Shown here piece by piece: positions 1-10,689 of a stretch of DNA of 64,000 nucleotides (within the stretch, counting starts at the first letter, position 1; each line of letters opens with the position of its first letter). A program made the translations under genes and the position numbers. The notes under the pieces were generated by a model. It ran no database searches, was not told the origin of the DNA, and saw only the letters and a list, made by a program, of their open reading frames with translations. Location: positions 25,048,001-25,112,000 of the forward strand of contig OZ024757.1 in NCBI GenBank assembly GCA_964016885.1, in the 5' to 3' direction. This stretch comes from Eledone cirrhosa (Eukaryota).

Positions 1-452
1 GAAGTTTGGTCGTATTATATCACTTTCAAATTGACCCCTATTATATTCAAATTATCCCCTGTGGGGGGTGCGCCCCACGTTGAGAATCCCTCATAAATAA
101 ATATATGTGAGTGTGTTGCTATGACTGCTATTTCTAGCAGGTTTACTGCCGTCCTGTAGACGCACACCAAAAACCGGAAGTGGCAGCCATTAAAAAACTT
201 TGGCTTAAAATCAGGCAAAAGTTTTTAAACAATTTGCCAAGAAAGATAACTCTTGTCTTACTTAATCGCAATAATCGAGTCAAAAATTTTGCGGGTGTGC
301 AGATTGTTTGGTCGCATTTGCTGCTATTTCTAGCATGTATGGACATTTTAGAAATAGCAGCGAAAAACGGAAAACAGCAGAAAGAAGGACACACACCTAT
401 ATATATATATGTATATATATATATTTGGGATATGTGTGTGTTTGTTTATATG

Positions 453-488
<36 letters not shown>

Positions 489-525
489 CATATATATTTA
501 TATATATATATATGTATATATATAA

Positions 526-577
<52 letters not shown>

Positions 578-584
578 TATTTAT

Positions 585-618
<34 letters not shown>

Positions 619-649
619 ATTTATGGATATGTGTCTGTTTGTTTATATG

Positions 650-680
<31 letters not shown>

Positions 681-715
681 ATATATATATGTATATATAT
701 ATATATATATATGTA

Positions 716-791
<76 letters not shown>

Positions 792-1454
792 TATATATAG
801 GTGTGTGTCCTTCTTTCTGATGTTTTCCGTGTTTCGCTGCTATTTCTAAAGTGTTCATACATGCTAGAAATAGCAGTCAAATACCAGCAAACAAGACCAA
901 ATCAACTGCACAGCCGCAATATATATATGATATATAAATATATGTGAGTTGCTATGACTGCTATTTCTAGCAGGTTATTCCTAGCGTGTAAACTGCACGC
1001 CCGCAAAATTTTTATCTCGATTTTTGCGATTAAGTAAGGCAAGAGTTATCTTTCTTGGCAAAAACACCCTGGTTTGTTTACATTAAATTTTCTATTGTTT
1101 AAAAACTTTTCACTGATTTTAAGCCAAAGTTTTTTAATGGCCGCCACTTCCGGTTTTTGGTGTGCGTCTACAGGACTGCAGTAAACCTGCGAGAAATAGC
1201 AGTCATAACAACACACTCACATATATTTATTTATGAGGGATTCTCAACCTGGGGTGCACGCCCCACAGGGGATAATTTGCATATAATACGGGTCAATTTG
1301 AAAAATACGACCCAGTTACACTTCGTCTACACATGTTATCGTGTATCTGGCAGTACCTACGAGAAGTTTGTTTACATTTTGGAGTTTGTTTTTATCATCG
1401 CTGCATCGTAGCTTTGTTTAATTAAAGGATTTCTACTTTATATTACAGTAATAA
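1..1454. repeat. Long imperfect inverted repeat centred on (TA)n (copy 1, left arm cut by window edge)
   Basis: 1-397 is the reverse complement of ~798-1320 (e.g. aaaaccggaagtggcagccattaaaaaactttggc vs gccaaagttttttaatggccgccacttccggtttt); ORFs 15..218(-) and 1157..1411(+) share the same peptide; spacer 398-797 is (TA)n-rich. Confidence 0.9.
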
Positions 1455-1959
1455 CACTTTTACAAGACTCTGTTTGTTTTTATATTAAAGGGGGACATAA
1501 ACATATTTTAAATGTTTAAATATATTTATTTATTTATGTCCTTCTCTCTGTTGTTTACTAAACTCTGAATTCAGCATTTTTCTGTTTTTCTCTAGGGTTC
1601 GAGCATGTATATATATATGGCAGTCAACCGCACTTGGCACAGACTCGAAAAAGCCGCCGCTAATCGTGATCGTTGAGGTTATAATTAAACTAAAATGCTT
1701 CCACTGGGCACGATAAGCTGATCATGATCGTTGGAGAGTGTTTTCTGCGCTGAACCTAAGATTAAAAGATATATATATATATAGCTGTTTAAACGGCCGG
1801 AGCTCAGCCGTCGGGGTGCTGAATATTTTCATATATATGTATGTGTATGTGTATGTATATGTATGTGTGTGTGTTTTGCGAATTAATAATTATATAAACA
1901 AGTTTGTAATGAACAATTTATTTATTATCAAAACTGTATAAACATGATATTATTTACAG

Positions 1960-2040
1960 TAACAATAACAATAATAATGATGATTTCTAGTAAAGGTGGA
2001 AGGACAGTAATTTGGGGGAGGGTAAAGTCGATTAAATCGA
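1960..2040 (-). mobile_element. SINE 3' tail fragment
   Basis: (aat)n followed by ...aatttgggggagggtaaagtcgattaaatcga, resembling the 3' part of octopus-type tRNA SINEs; repeated at ~12726 and ~53644. Confidence 0.45.
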
Positions 2041-2537
2041 AGAGAGAAAGAAAGAAGAAACAACGAATAGGAGAGGGGATGGCAAGAACTCCGGTGTCGC
2101 AGAAAATAGGGGAGGGTGGTTGAGCTTTGGGCCTAGGGCAGAAATGCTGCGCCCCACGGACAAGATGGCAAAAGTATTCTCACGGACGAGGCCAGTTATG
2201 CCCAATGTAACAACCACCCAACCTGGCGGGATTCCTTCCTCAGACGGGCCGCCGACGCTTTGATCCTGCGGAGGAGTTCGGCAGTACGGGGTCCAAGTAC
2301 CTCTGAGGTCTCGACATTGACTGGTGCAGAGAGGAAGCGGCCGGACAATCCTCGGTATTTGTTTATTTTACGTTCTTCTGAGAAGCGGGTGGCGATGCTG
2401 GGGTTTGTGACCGAAACGACTTGGAAACGAATTTGGAGGCGGAGATTGTGTCGTTGCTGGTGGTGTCCCACATGAGGGACCTACCTCCTTTGAATGGGAA
2501 GAGAGTGATTCCGTCGGGGCGCTTGCCATCTCCGGGA
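2040..2537 (-). mobile_element. CRE-like non-LTR retrotransposon C-terminal RLE endonuclease fragment plus 3' UTR (decayed)
   Basis: GDGKRPDGITLFPFKGGRSLMWDTT, then AARFSEERKINKYRGL...VETSEVLGP...LLRRI, then VRENTFAIL across frameshifts; PD-(D/E)xK RLE signature of CRE-clade elements. Confidence 0.8.
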
Positions 2538-2706
2538 CCTGTTGAGAACAGCGAGTATCTATTCAATAATTATTTGAATATTGAAATTTTAGGTTTAACT
2601 ACCTTTTAAACCAAATACATTAAGAAAGGCATAAACAACACCACATCATTTTTATTTCGATTTTGAAAGTAGATTTATAAGTATTAAATTTCAGTAGATT
2701 CTTATA

Positions 2707-2975
2707 GCCTTCATGGTGGTCTGGTGGGAGATACCAGAGCAAGTGGAGCTTCTGGTCTGGTGTTCAATGCTAGTCAGGAGATACTCGAAAGAGTTTATAT
2801 TAAACTTATTCAGTTCTTTTTCTTATCTCTAGAGATAAATACATATACATAAGGTAATTTGTTAGAACATCAGATAGAATACTTTGTAGTATTTTTTCCA
2901 GTTCTTTATTCTCAGTTCAACTTTACTTTTCTTACATTCGGGGTTGATAATAAAGTACCAGTCAAATACTAGGGG
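2707..2975 (+). mobile_element. Degenerate tRNA-derived SINE pieces (pol III A/B-box head and core remnant)
   Basis: tggtctggtgg (A-box-like); B-box-like ggttcaatcct best preserved in the copies at ~13527 and ~54445; core remnant ttcggggttgataataaagtaccag. Confidence 0.4.
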
Positions 2976-3343
2976 TTCTCTCTTACTCTATATCTCTTTC
3001 TCACTCTCTCTTTTATTCAGACCTGGAGAGGAGATGTACTCTGCCAGGTTTTATAATGAGTTATGGGGTCATACCTGCCTGCAACATCACTGTGTACTGA
3101 GTGTAGCATTTTATATCCTTGTTCTGGGCCGTCCTAACACCACTGTGTATTAAGTGTAGCTTTTAATATCCTTGTTCAGGGCCTTCATAATACCAGACTA
3201 GCTAATGTGTATATTATATTGTTATAGAGGAACTAAGTATGTCCTTTAGGTTCTGTAATGTACCCTAGTTGGCCCTAATGGTAGCACCAGCCCTGTATAA
3301 AACTGTGATACTTTAAGGTTCAGTAATGTACCTATCTGATGTC

Positions 3344-3655
3344 TGTACCCTAGCTGGTTGTCTGTCTCTCTCTACCCTAGGTGTCTCTGTGTCTCACTGA
3401 GGTCTGTACCCTAGGTGGCTCTGTGTCCCTCTAAGGTCTGTACCCTAGGTGGCTCTGTCTCTCTCTAAGATCTGTACCCTCGGTGGCTCTGTGTCTCTCT
3501 AAGGTCTGTACCCTAGGTGGCTCTGTGTCTCTCTAAGGTCTGTACCCTAGGTGGCTCTGTGTCTCTCTAAGGTCTGTACCCTAGGTGGCTCTGTGTCTCT
3601 CTAAGGTCTGTACCCTAGGTGGCTCTGTGTCTTATTAAGGCCTGTGTCCTATGTG
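3344..3655. repeat. 34-bp minisatellite (ctctctaaggtctgtaccctaggtggctctgtgt)
   Basis: Period 34 read directly (ggtggctct at 3482 and 3516); other arrays at 4365-4600, 14104-14378, 29137-29410, 43390-44047, 55024-55300. Confidence 0.95.
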
Positions 3656-3746
3656 GCTGTCATCATCATTATCATCGCTGTCATTGCCACTGTCATCATC
3701 ATTATCATCGCTGTCATCGCCACAGTCGTCGTCAGGGCTGGATTAC

Positions 3747-3811
3747 CTCACAATGGTAGCGAACATATTTGGATGTGATCATACGAAAGGAATTGTTGAA
3801 ACATATCAGAT
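3747..3811 (-). other. Candidate 65-nt internal exon (copy 1 of 5)
   Basis: Minus strand reads (ct)n...ctctctatttcag | 65 nt | gtaatc; one frame open (LICFNNSFRMITSKYVRYHCE); boundaries kept at 14460-14524, 29517-29581, 44137-44201, 55405-55469. Confidence 0.4.
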
Positions 3812-3835
3812 CTGAAATAGAGAGAGTTAGATGAT

Positions 3836-3837
<2 letters not shown>

Positions 3838-3910
<73 letters not shown>
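3838..3910. repeat. (GA)n microsatellite, long X-type allele
   Basis: Pure ga run; equally long at 44228-44300, much shorter in Y-type cores. Confidence 0.95.
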
Positions 3911-3912
<2 letters not shown>

Positions 3913-4072
3913 CGCAGACAGTGAGAGAGAGAGAGAGGAAAACATTGATTGTGTTCACCACATTAAGTTACTATCTTACTAATGAAACAATTAATAATTT
4001 TAGTAAATTCTTCAAAATTCTTCATTAATTAATTGAAAGAGAGTGTATTTCATTAGAAATGTGGTCATAAAA

Positions 4073-5672
4073 AAATAATAATAATGAATTATTGTGTACA
4101 GTGCTAAGGTGCACTACAACTCATCAAAGGTGCATGTATGGTATATAGAATAATGTACACATGTCAGGAAAGTGAACAGTGTATGAGTCATGATATACCT
4201 GTGTGTGTGTGTGTAAGGAGGGGGGATATTACCTAACAACTGATGCAGGCAGTTTGTTCCATGGAGGTTTTAAAGGATGTAGTGTCTCCACAGCTAACAA
4301 CTGATGCAGGTAGTTTGTTCCATGGAGGTTTTAAAGGATGCAGTGTCTCCACAGCTAACAACTGTGTCTCTCTAAGGTCTGTACCCTAGGTGGCTCTGTG
4401 TCTCTCTGAGATCTGTACCCTAGGTGGCTCTGTGTCTCTCTAAGGTCTGTAGCCTAGGGGGCTCTGTGTCTCTCTGAGATCTGTACCCTAGGTAGCTCTC
4501 TGTCTCTCTAAGGTCTCTACCCTGGGTAGCCGAGTATCTCACTGAGATTTGTACCCTAGGTGGCTGTGTGTCTTATTAAGGCATGTGTCCTATGTGGCTG
4601 TCATCATCATTATCATCGCCACACTCGTCGTTTGTTCCATGGAGGTTTTAAATGACGCAGTGTCTCCACAGCTAACAACTGATGCAGGTAGTTTGTTCCA
4701 TGGAGGTTTTAAAGGATGTAGTGTCTACACAGCTAACAACTGATGCAGGCAGTTTGTTCCGTGGAGGTTTTAAAGGATGCAGTGTCTCCACAGATAACAA
4801 CTGATGCAGGGAGTTTGTTCCATGGAGGTTTTAAAGGATGCAGTGTCTCCACAGCTAACTGATGCAGGTAGTTTGTTCCATGGAGGTTTTAAAGGATACA
4901 GTGTCTCGACATCTAACAACTGAAGCAGGTAGTTTGTTCCATGGAGGTTTTAATGGATGCAGTGTCTCGACAGCTAACAACTGATGAAGATAGTTTGTTC
5001 CATGAAGGTTTTAAAGGATGCAGTGTCTCGACAGCTAAAAACTGATGCAGGTAGTTTGTTCACTGGAGGTTTTAAAGGATGCAGTGTCTTCACAGCTAAC
5101 AACTGATGTAGGTAGTTTGTTCCATGGAGGTTTTAAAGGATGTAGTGTCTCGACAGCTAACAACTGATGCAGGTAGTTTGTTCCATGGAAGTTTTAAAGG
5201 ATGCAGTGTCACGACAGCTAACAACTGATGCAGGTAGTTTGTTCCATGGAAGTTTTAAAGGATGCAGTGTCTCGACATCTAACAACTGATGCAGGTAGTT
5301 TGTTCCATGGAGATTTTAAAGGATGCAGTGTCTCGACATCTAACAACTGAAGCAGGGAATTTGTTCCATGGTGGTTTTAAAGGATGCAGTGTCTCGACAG
5401 CTAACAACTGATGCAGGGAGTTTGTTCCATGGAGGTTTTAAAGGATGTGGTGTCTCGGCAACTAACAATTGATGCAGGTAGTTTGTTCCATGGAGGTTTT
5501 AAAGGATGCAGTGTCTCAACAGCTAACAACTGATGCAGGTAGTTTGTTTCATGCTTCAGCAACTCTGAACGTGAAACAATGTTTCCAAAAGTCATGGGAG
5601 CTGTGCTGCTTTCTGATTTTGTAGGCATGTCCACGGGTGTTAGACACATGGAATTCAAAAAGGTGCTCAGTT
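4073..5672 (-). mobile_element. CR1/L2-group LINE 3' end: ORF2 C-terminus, amplified 61-mer, 3' UTR and (ATT)n tail
   Basis: Minus-strand peptide SNTRGHAYKIRKQHSSHDFWKHCFTFRVAEA*NKLPAS... fits the TRGH..K..R..FF..RV...WN.LP..VV....FK terminus of CR1-group ORF2; 4073-4200 reads ...gagttgtagtgcaccttagcactgtacacaataattcattattattatt. Confidence 0.85.
4233..5552. repeat. 61-bp satellite array (unit 1), interrupted at 4365-4630
   Basis: Unit ctaacaactgatgcaggtagtttgttccatggaggttttaaaggatgcagtgtctcgacag; ctaacaa at 4233 and 4294; about 17 copies. Confidence 0.95.
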
Positions 5673-5897
5673 TTAATGATATATTCTCTTTCTGACATAA
5701 AAAAACTAAGAAAAATACCATGGACGCAAGAAACATTTTTTTTATTGTACAAGCTCAACCAACAATAAAGTAATTTAATAAAAATTTAATAAAAATTTGG
5801 AAAAAATTAATGTAAAAATGAAAAATATGTAAAAAGACAATTGAAAATAACAGGCAACTGAATTTTGAAATTTTGGTGAATAGATGTGCAGTGTTGG

Positions 5898-7762
5898 TAT
5901 ATAACACATATAACCCAGTCAGTGAAGCCCTTTAGTATAGGTCAACTGGGAAATTATAACACATATAACCCTATCAGTGAAGTCCTTTAGTATAGGTCAA
6001 CTGGGAAACTATAACACATATAACCCTATCAGTGAAGTCCTTTAGTATAGGTCAACTGGGAAACTATAACACATATAACCCTATCAGTGAAGTACTTTAG
6101 TATAGGTCAACTGGGAAATAATCACACATATAACCCTATCAGTGAAGTCCTTTAGTATAGGTCAACTGGGAAACTATAACACATATAACCCTATCAGTGA
6201 AGTCCTTTAGTATAGGTCAACTGGGAAACTATAACACATATAACCCTATCAGTGAAGTCCTTTAGTATAGGTCAACTGGGAAACTATAACACATATAACC
6301 CTATCAGTGAAGTCCTTTACTATAGGTCAACTGAGAAACTATAACACATATAACCCTATCAGTGAAGTCCTTTACTATAGGTCAACTGAGAAACTATAAC
6401 ACATATAACCCTATCAGTGAAGTCCTTTAGTATAGGCCAACTGGGAAACTATAACACATATAACCCTATCAGTGAAGTCCTTTACTATAGGTCAACTGAG
6501 AAACTATAACACATATAACCCTATCAGTGAAGTCCTTTAGTATAGGTCAACTGGGAAACTATAACACATATAACCCTATCAGTGAAGTCCTTTAGTATAG
6601 GTCAACTGAGAAACTATAACACATATAACCCTATCAGTGAAGTCCTTTAGTATAGGTCAACTGGGAAACTATAACACATATAACCCTATCAGTGAAGTCC
6701 TTTAGTATAGGTCAACTGGGAAACTATAACACATATAACCCTATCAGTGAAGTCCTTTAGTATAGGTCAACTGGGAAACTATAACACATATAACCCTATC
6801 AGTGAAGTCCTTTAGTATAGGTCAACTGAGAAACTATAACACATATAACCCTATCAGTGAAGTCCTTTAGTATAGGTCAACTGAGAAACTTTAACACATA
6901 TAACCCTATCAGTGAAGTCCTTTAGTATAGGTCAACTGGGAAACTATAACACATATAACCCTATCAGTGAAGTCCTTTAGTATAGGTCAACTGAGAAACT
7001 ATAAAACATATAACCCTATCAGTGAAGTCCTTTAGTATAGGTCAACTGGGAAACTATAACACATATAACCCTATCAGTGAAGTCCTTTAGTATAGGTCAA
7101 CTGGGAAACTATAACACATATAACCCTATCAGTGAAGTCCTTTAGTATAGGTCAACTGGGAAACTATAACACATATAACCCTATCAGTGAAGTCCTTTAG
7201 TATAGGTCAACTGAGAAACTATAACACATATAACCCTATCAGTGAAGTCCTTTAGTATAGGTCAACTGAGAAACTATAACACATATAACCCTATCAGTGA
7301 AGTCCTTTAGTATAGGTCAACTGGGAAACTATAACACATATAACCCTATCAGTGAGGTCCTTTAGTATAGGTCAACTGGGAAACTATAACACATATAACC
7401 CTATCAGTGAAGTCCTTTAGTATAGGTCAACTGAGAAACTATAACACATATAACCCTATCAGTGAAGTCCTTTAGTATAGGTCAACTGGGAAATTATAAC
7501 ACATATAACCCTATCAGTTAAGTCCTTTAGTATAGGTCAACTGGGAAACTATAACACATATAACCCTATCAGTGAAGTCCTTTAGTATAGGTCAACTGGG
7601 AAACTATAACACATATAACCCTATCAGTGAAGTCCTTTAGTATAGGTCAACTGGGAAACTATAAAACATATAACCCTATCAGTGAAGTCCTTTAGTATAG
7701 GTCAACTGGGAAACTATAACACATATAACCCTATCAGTGAAGTCCTTTAGTATAGGTCAACT
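5898..7762. repeat. 55-bp satellite array (about 34 copies)
   Basis: Unit aaactataacacatataaccctatcagtgaagtcctttagtataggtcaactggg; gtcaactggg at 5941 and 5996. Confidence 0.97.
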
Positions 7763-7802
7763 AACAGAAGTATTACGGGTATAGAAAAAAATATAAATAA
7801 GC

Positions 7803-7858
7803 CTGACTGGTCAGGTGGGCTCGATTGTGGCCTGTGGGCCGCCTGTTGCACGCCCCTC
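7803..7858 (+). mobile_element. hAT-like MITE terminal fragment
   Basis: ggcc(t/c)g(t/c)gggccgcctgttgcacgcccct resembles Charlie/hAT MITE ends; longer version at 48585-48650. Confidence 0.4.
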
Positions 7859-7892
7859 CTTTAGACAGAATATCTATCACTGTTAAGTAATA

Positions 7893-8185
7893 CTGATCTG
7901 TCGGCCAACTACATTTTCCAGCCTGTGGAGTTTGGGGGAGTCGGGATACTGACTGCGAGATTCCTATCTTCACTGGCAGCTAGTCTGACGAAGGTGACTG
8001 GTGAAGCTCGTGAGGGCACTTGGTTGTTCCAGCTCCTCAGCCTCGCCATCGCCCGAGGTAACGCTGCAGACGTGCTGGCTTGCCTAAAAAAATCATTAGA
8101 GAGGTTTCCCAGTGCTCCTCGCAATACTGTTATCTTTTGCTCTAGTAGCAGCTCGTTTGTCCACCCCTTTCGCTTGCCTTTGGTT
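7893..8185 (+). mobile_element. CRE-like retrotransposon extreme C-terminal fragment
   Basis: FQPVEFGGVG...FLSSLAASLTKVTGEAREGTWLFQLLSLAIARGNAADVLA matches the F.P...E..G...TGD.RE...L.Q.LS.AI.RGNA terminus; second copy 48690-48980. Confidence 0.8.
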
Positions 8186-8485
8186 GTATGTGGTCCTAGA
8201 TGTATTACCTGCTTGTGTGTTGTATGTGGTCCTAGATGTATATATTACCTGCTTGTGTGTTGTATGTGGTCCTAGATGTATGTATTACCTGTTTATGTGT
8301 TGTATGTGGTCCTAGATGTGTGTATTACCTGGTTATGTGGTCCTAGATGTATGTATTACCTGCTGGTGTGTTGTATGTAGTCCCAGATGTGTGTGATACC
8401 CGCTTGTGTGTTGTATGTGGTCCTAGATGTGTGGATTACCTGTTTATGTGTTGTATGTCGTCCCAAATGTGTGTGCTACCCGCTT
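8183..8485. repeat. 40-bp minisatellite (tgtatgtggtcctagatgtatgtattacctgcttgtgtgt)
   Basis: tgtatgtggt at 8221, 8261, 8301; about 7-8 diverged copies; second array 48977-49280. Confidence 0.9.
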
Positions 8486-9208
8486 CTGTGATTTTTTTTC
8501 TTTCTTCTTTCTCTCTTCCGAGAAACAATCCTGTATTTTTTAAATCTATTCCATGTGTTAAGTAATTAGCAGCAACAACAAACTGATTTTCAGTTGTAAA
8601 AAGAATCTTTAAACCTTCACCATTTACATTAACACATACCATATGTTGTCCCAGCCACAAATAAACAGTTAAAAAAACTTACTTTGCGGTTAAATTCTTC
8701 ACAATTAAAAGAAAATTATTTCTAACACGTTTCTAGAGAACACCAAGTTTACACCTTCAATATCCGGTAAAAGTAAAAACAAATTCCGGAGACATTTAAC
8801 GAAACGAAACTTTGTAAAGAAAAACGAAAATTAAACGAAGACAAATAGTAAATTTTTATTTTTATTAAATAAAATACCAGTAATTCACCGGATTAGATTT
8901 AATCAACTTTCTTCTCTCTGCACGAAAGACGAAAAAAATTCCTGACTTAGTGCTTAATATATAGAGAGGGGAGAGTTTGGTGTTACTTGATATAGAGAGG
9001 GGTATTGGAAGAGAGTGCCGTGTAGTAGATATAGAGAGGGAGAGAGTTAGTGCTAATTGATATAAAGAGGGGGATTTGGATCCCCCCGCCTCCCCCAAGA
9101 AAAATTATGAAATGCTTCCACCTCCCTGTACATATATATATAGTATACACACACAGACATATATATATGTATATATTATATATATAGTAAATAAATATGT
9201 GTGTGTAT

Positions 9209-9392
9209 CAGTGGTCCCCAAACTTTTCTGATCCACACCCCTCCTCTAAAATATGTTTATGTTCCCCTTTAATATAAAAACAATCCGAGTCTTCTGAAAG
9301 TGTTATTACTGTAATATAAAGTAGAAACCCTTTATTTAAACAAAGCTACGATGCAGCGATGATCAAAACAAACTTCTCGTAGGTGCTGCCAA
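9209..9392 (+). mobile_element. hAT-like MITE 5' part; detached outer segment of the palindrome left arm
   Basis: Begins cagtggtccccaaacttttc; 9247-9392 is the reverse complement of ~1350-1512; a matching end gttgagaatccctc lies at ~10899-10912. Confidence 0.5.
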
Positions 9393-9490
9393 GCGGGGAA
9401 AAGTGGATGTATAATGATGATGATATATATATATATATATCCCACCCTTGCAAACAGGGAAAAGCAGACGTAAAATGAAAATGATGATAT
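9392..9490 (+). mobile_element. Two tandem RTE-type 3' tails without body
   Basis: aagcggggaaaagtggatgtataatgatgatgat and cccacccttgcaaacagggaaaagcagacgtaaaatgaaaatgatgat, the same as the end of the RTE at 26155-26270. Confidence 0.7.
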
Positions 9491-9854
9491 ATAGATAGAT
9501 AGATAGATATGTATATATATATATATATTTATACTTATGTCATGGTGGCTACAGGTGCCAAAAGGAAGAAGCCGGACAAATCCTCTGATATTTGTTTATC
9601 TTCCTTTCCTTTGTGTATATATATTATGTGTGTGTGTATATGAAGATGTATGACCCCCTAGCAAGCCAAACTACAGTTACTCCCCAACATGGAGAGCAAA
9701 TTAAAACATTACCTGTTAGAGACGAACGTGAAATGATTTGTGAGTGAACTACCGGTGTAACAGTAATTATGTTACCGGTGTAACTATTTCTGTTTACCTT
9801 ATTTTTAAATCACACTCCTATATTAGTTTAGTGACCTTTCAATTCAAATAAATT

Positions 9855-10280
9855 CTTGATGATGAGTGAACTCGCATCGGAGTAGCCCAACGCCTTGGCC
9901 TCCGCGTGTGTGAGCCACATAAATGCTCTCAACGACATAGTGAGAAGAAGCCTGGACGCAGCTGAATTTCCATCTCAACTGGAGCCAGCAGGCCTAGGCC
10001 GCGGAGATGGCAAGCACCCCGAGGGAATCACCCTCTTCCCATTCGAAGGAGGTAGATCCACAAACCCCAGCATCGCTGCCCGTCTCGCAGATGAACATAA
10101 AATAAACAAATTCCTGTGTTTGTCCTGGAGCTTCTTCTACGCACCAGACACCGTCGAGACCCCAGGCCTACTTGGACCCATTACAGCCGAGCTCCTCCGC
10201 AAGATCGGAGTGTTTGTGGCCCGTCTGAGGATGGAGTCCCACGAGGTTTGATGGCTGTTGCAGCAGGTGTCACTGCCCTT
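9855..10280 (+). mobile_element. CRE-like RLE endonuclease fragment
   Basis: HINALNDIVRRSLDAAEFPSQLEPAGLGRGDGKHPEGITLFPF...VETPGLLGP...LLRKIG; copy at 50657-51082; 5'-deleted copies at 27374-27492 and 41594-41712. Confidence 0.85.
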
Positions 10281-10502
10281 ACATATATATACGTACATGT
10301 TCCCTTGACTGCTATTTCTAGCATATATTAATAGACACTTTAGAAACAGCAGCTAAGAATCAGGAAACAACAGTGTGTGTCTGTATATATATACACAGAG
10401 AGAAAGAGAGAGAGAGAGAGAGAGAGCAGCCAAAGACACACACACACATACACACAGGTGTATGTCTGCGTGTATGTATATATATGTATGTGTCTTTGCG
10501 TA

Positions 10503-10554
<52 letters not shown>

Positions 10555-10689
10555 CAGTGATCCCCCTCCCAACCTTTAATCAAACAAACCTGCGATGTGG
10601 GCGATGATCAAAATAAACACCAAAATGTGAACAAACAGCCCAAAGGTGCTGCCGGATACACGATAACATGTGTAGACGAAGTAAAACTT

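Noticed and set aside
180-880. Long Tyr/Ile-rich ORFs (also near 11100, 28000, 42250, 51830)
   Set aside because: These are translations of (TA)n microsatellites.
2363-2566. Exonised or functional stand-alone RLE nuclease (acceptor-like ttctcaacag at 2538)
   Set aside because: The fragment is frameshifted, and the AG may be part of the element itself.
4233-4294. Hammerhead ribozyme in the 61-mer (ctgatg)
   Set aside because: The consensus has ctgatgc rather than CUGANGA, with no matching GAAA core or stems; the unit is explained as LINE coding sequence.
5969-5980. ccctatcagtga in the 55-mer matches part of the tetO operator
   Set aside because: Only 12 bp match; the palindromic second half (tagaga) is absent and no vector sequence is present.
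5898-7762. CRISPR-like appearance of the 55-bp and 61-bp arrays
   Set aside because: Monomers are contiguous with no unique spacers, there are no cas genes, and the context is eukaryotic.
8183-8485. Cys-rich repeat protein (CVVCGPRC) resembling a metallothionein or zinc finger
   Set aside because: Arises from a 40-bp minisatellite whose period shifts frame each unit.
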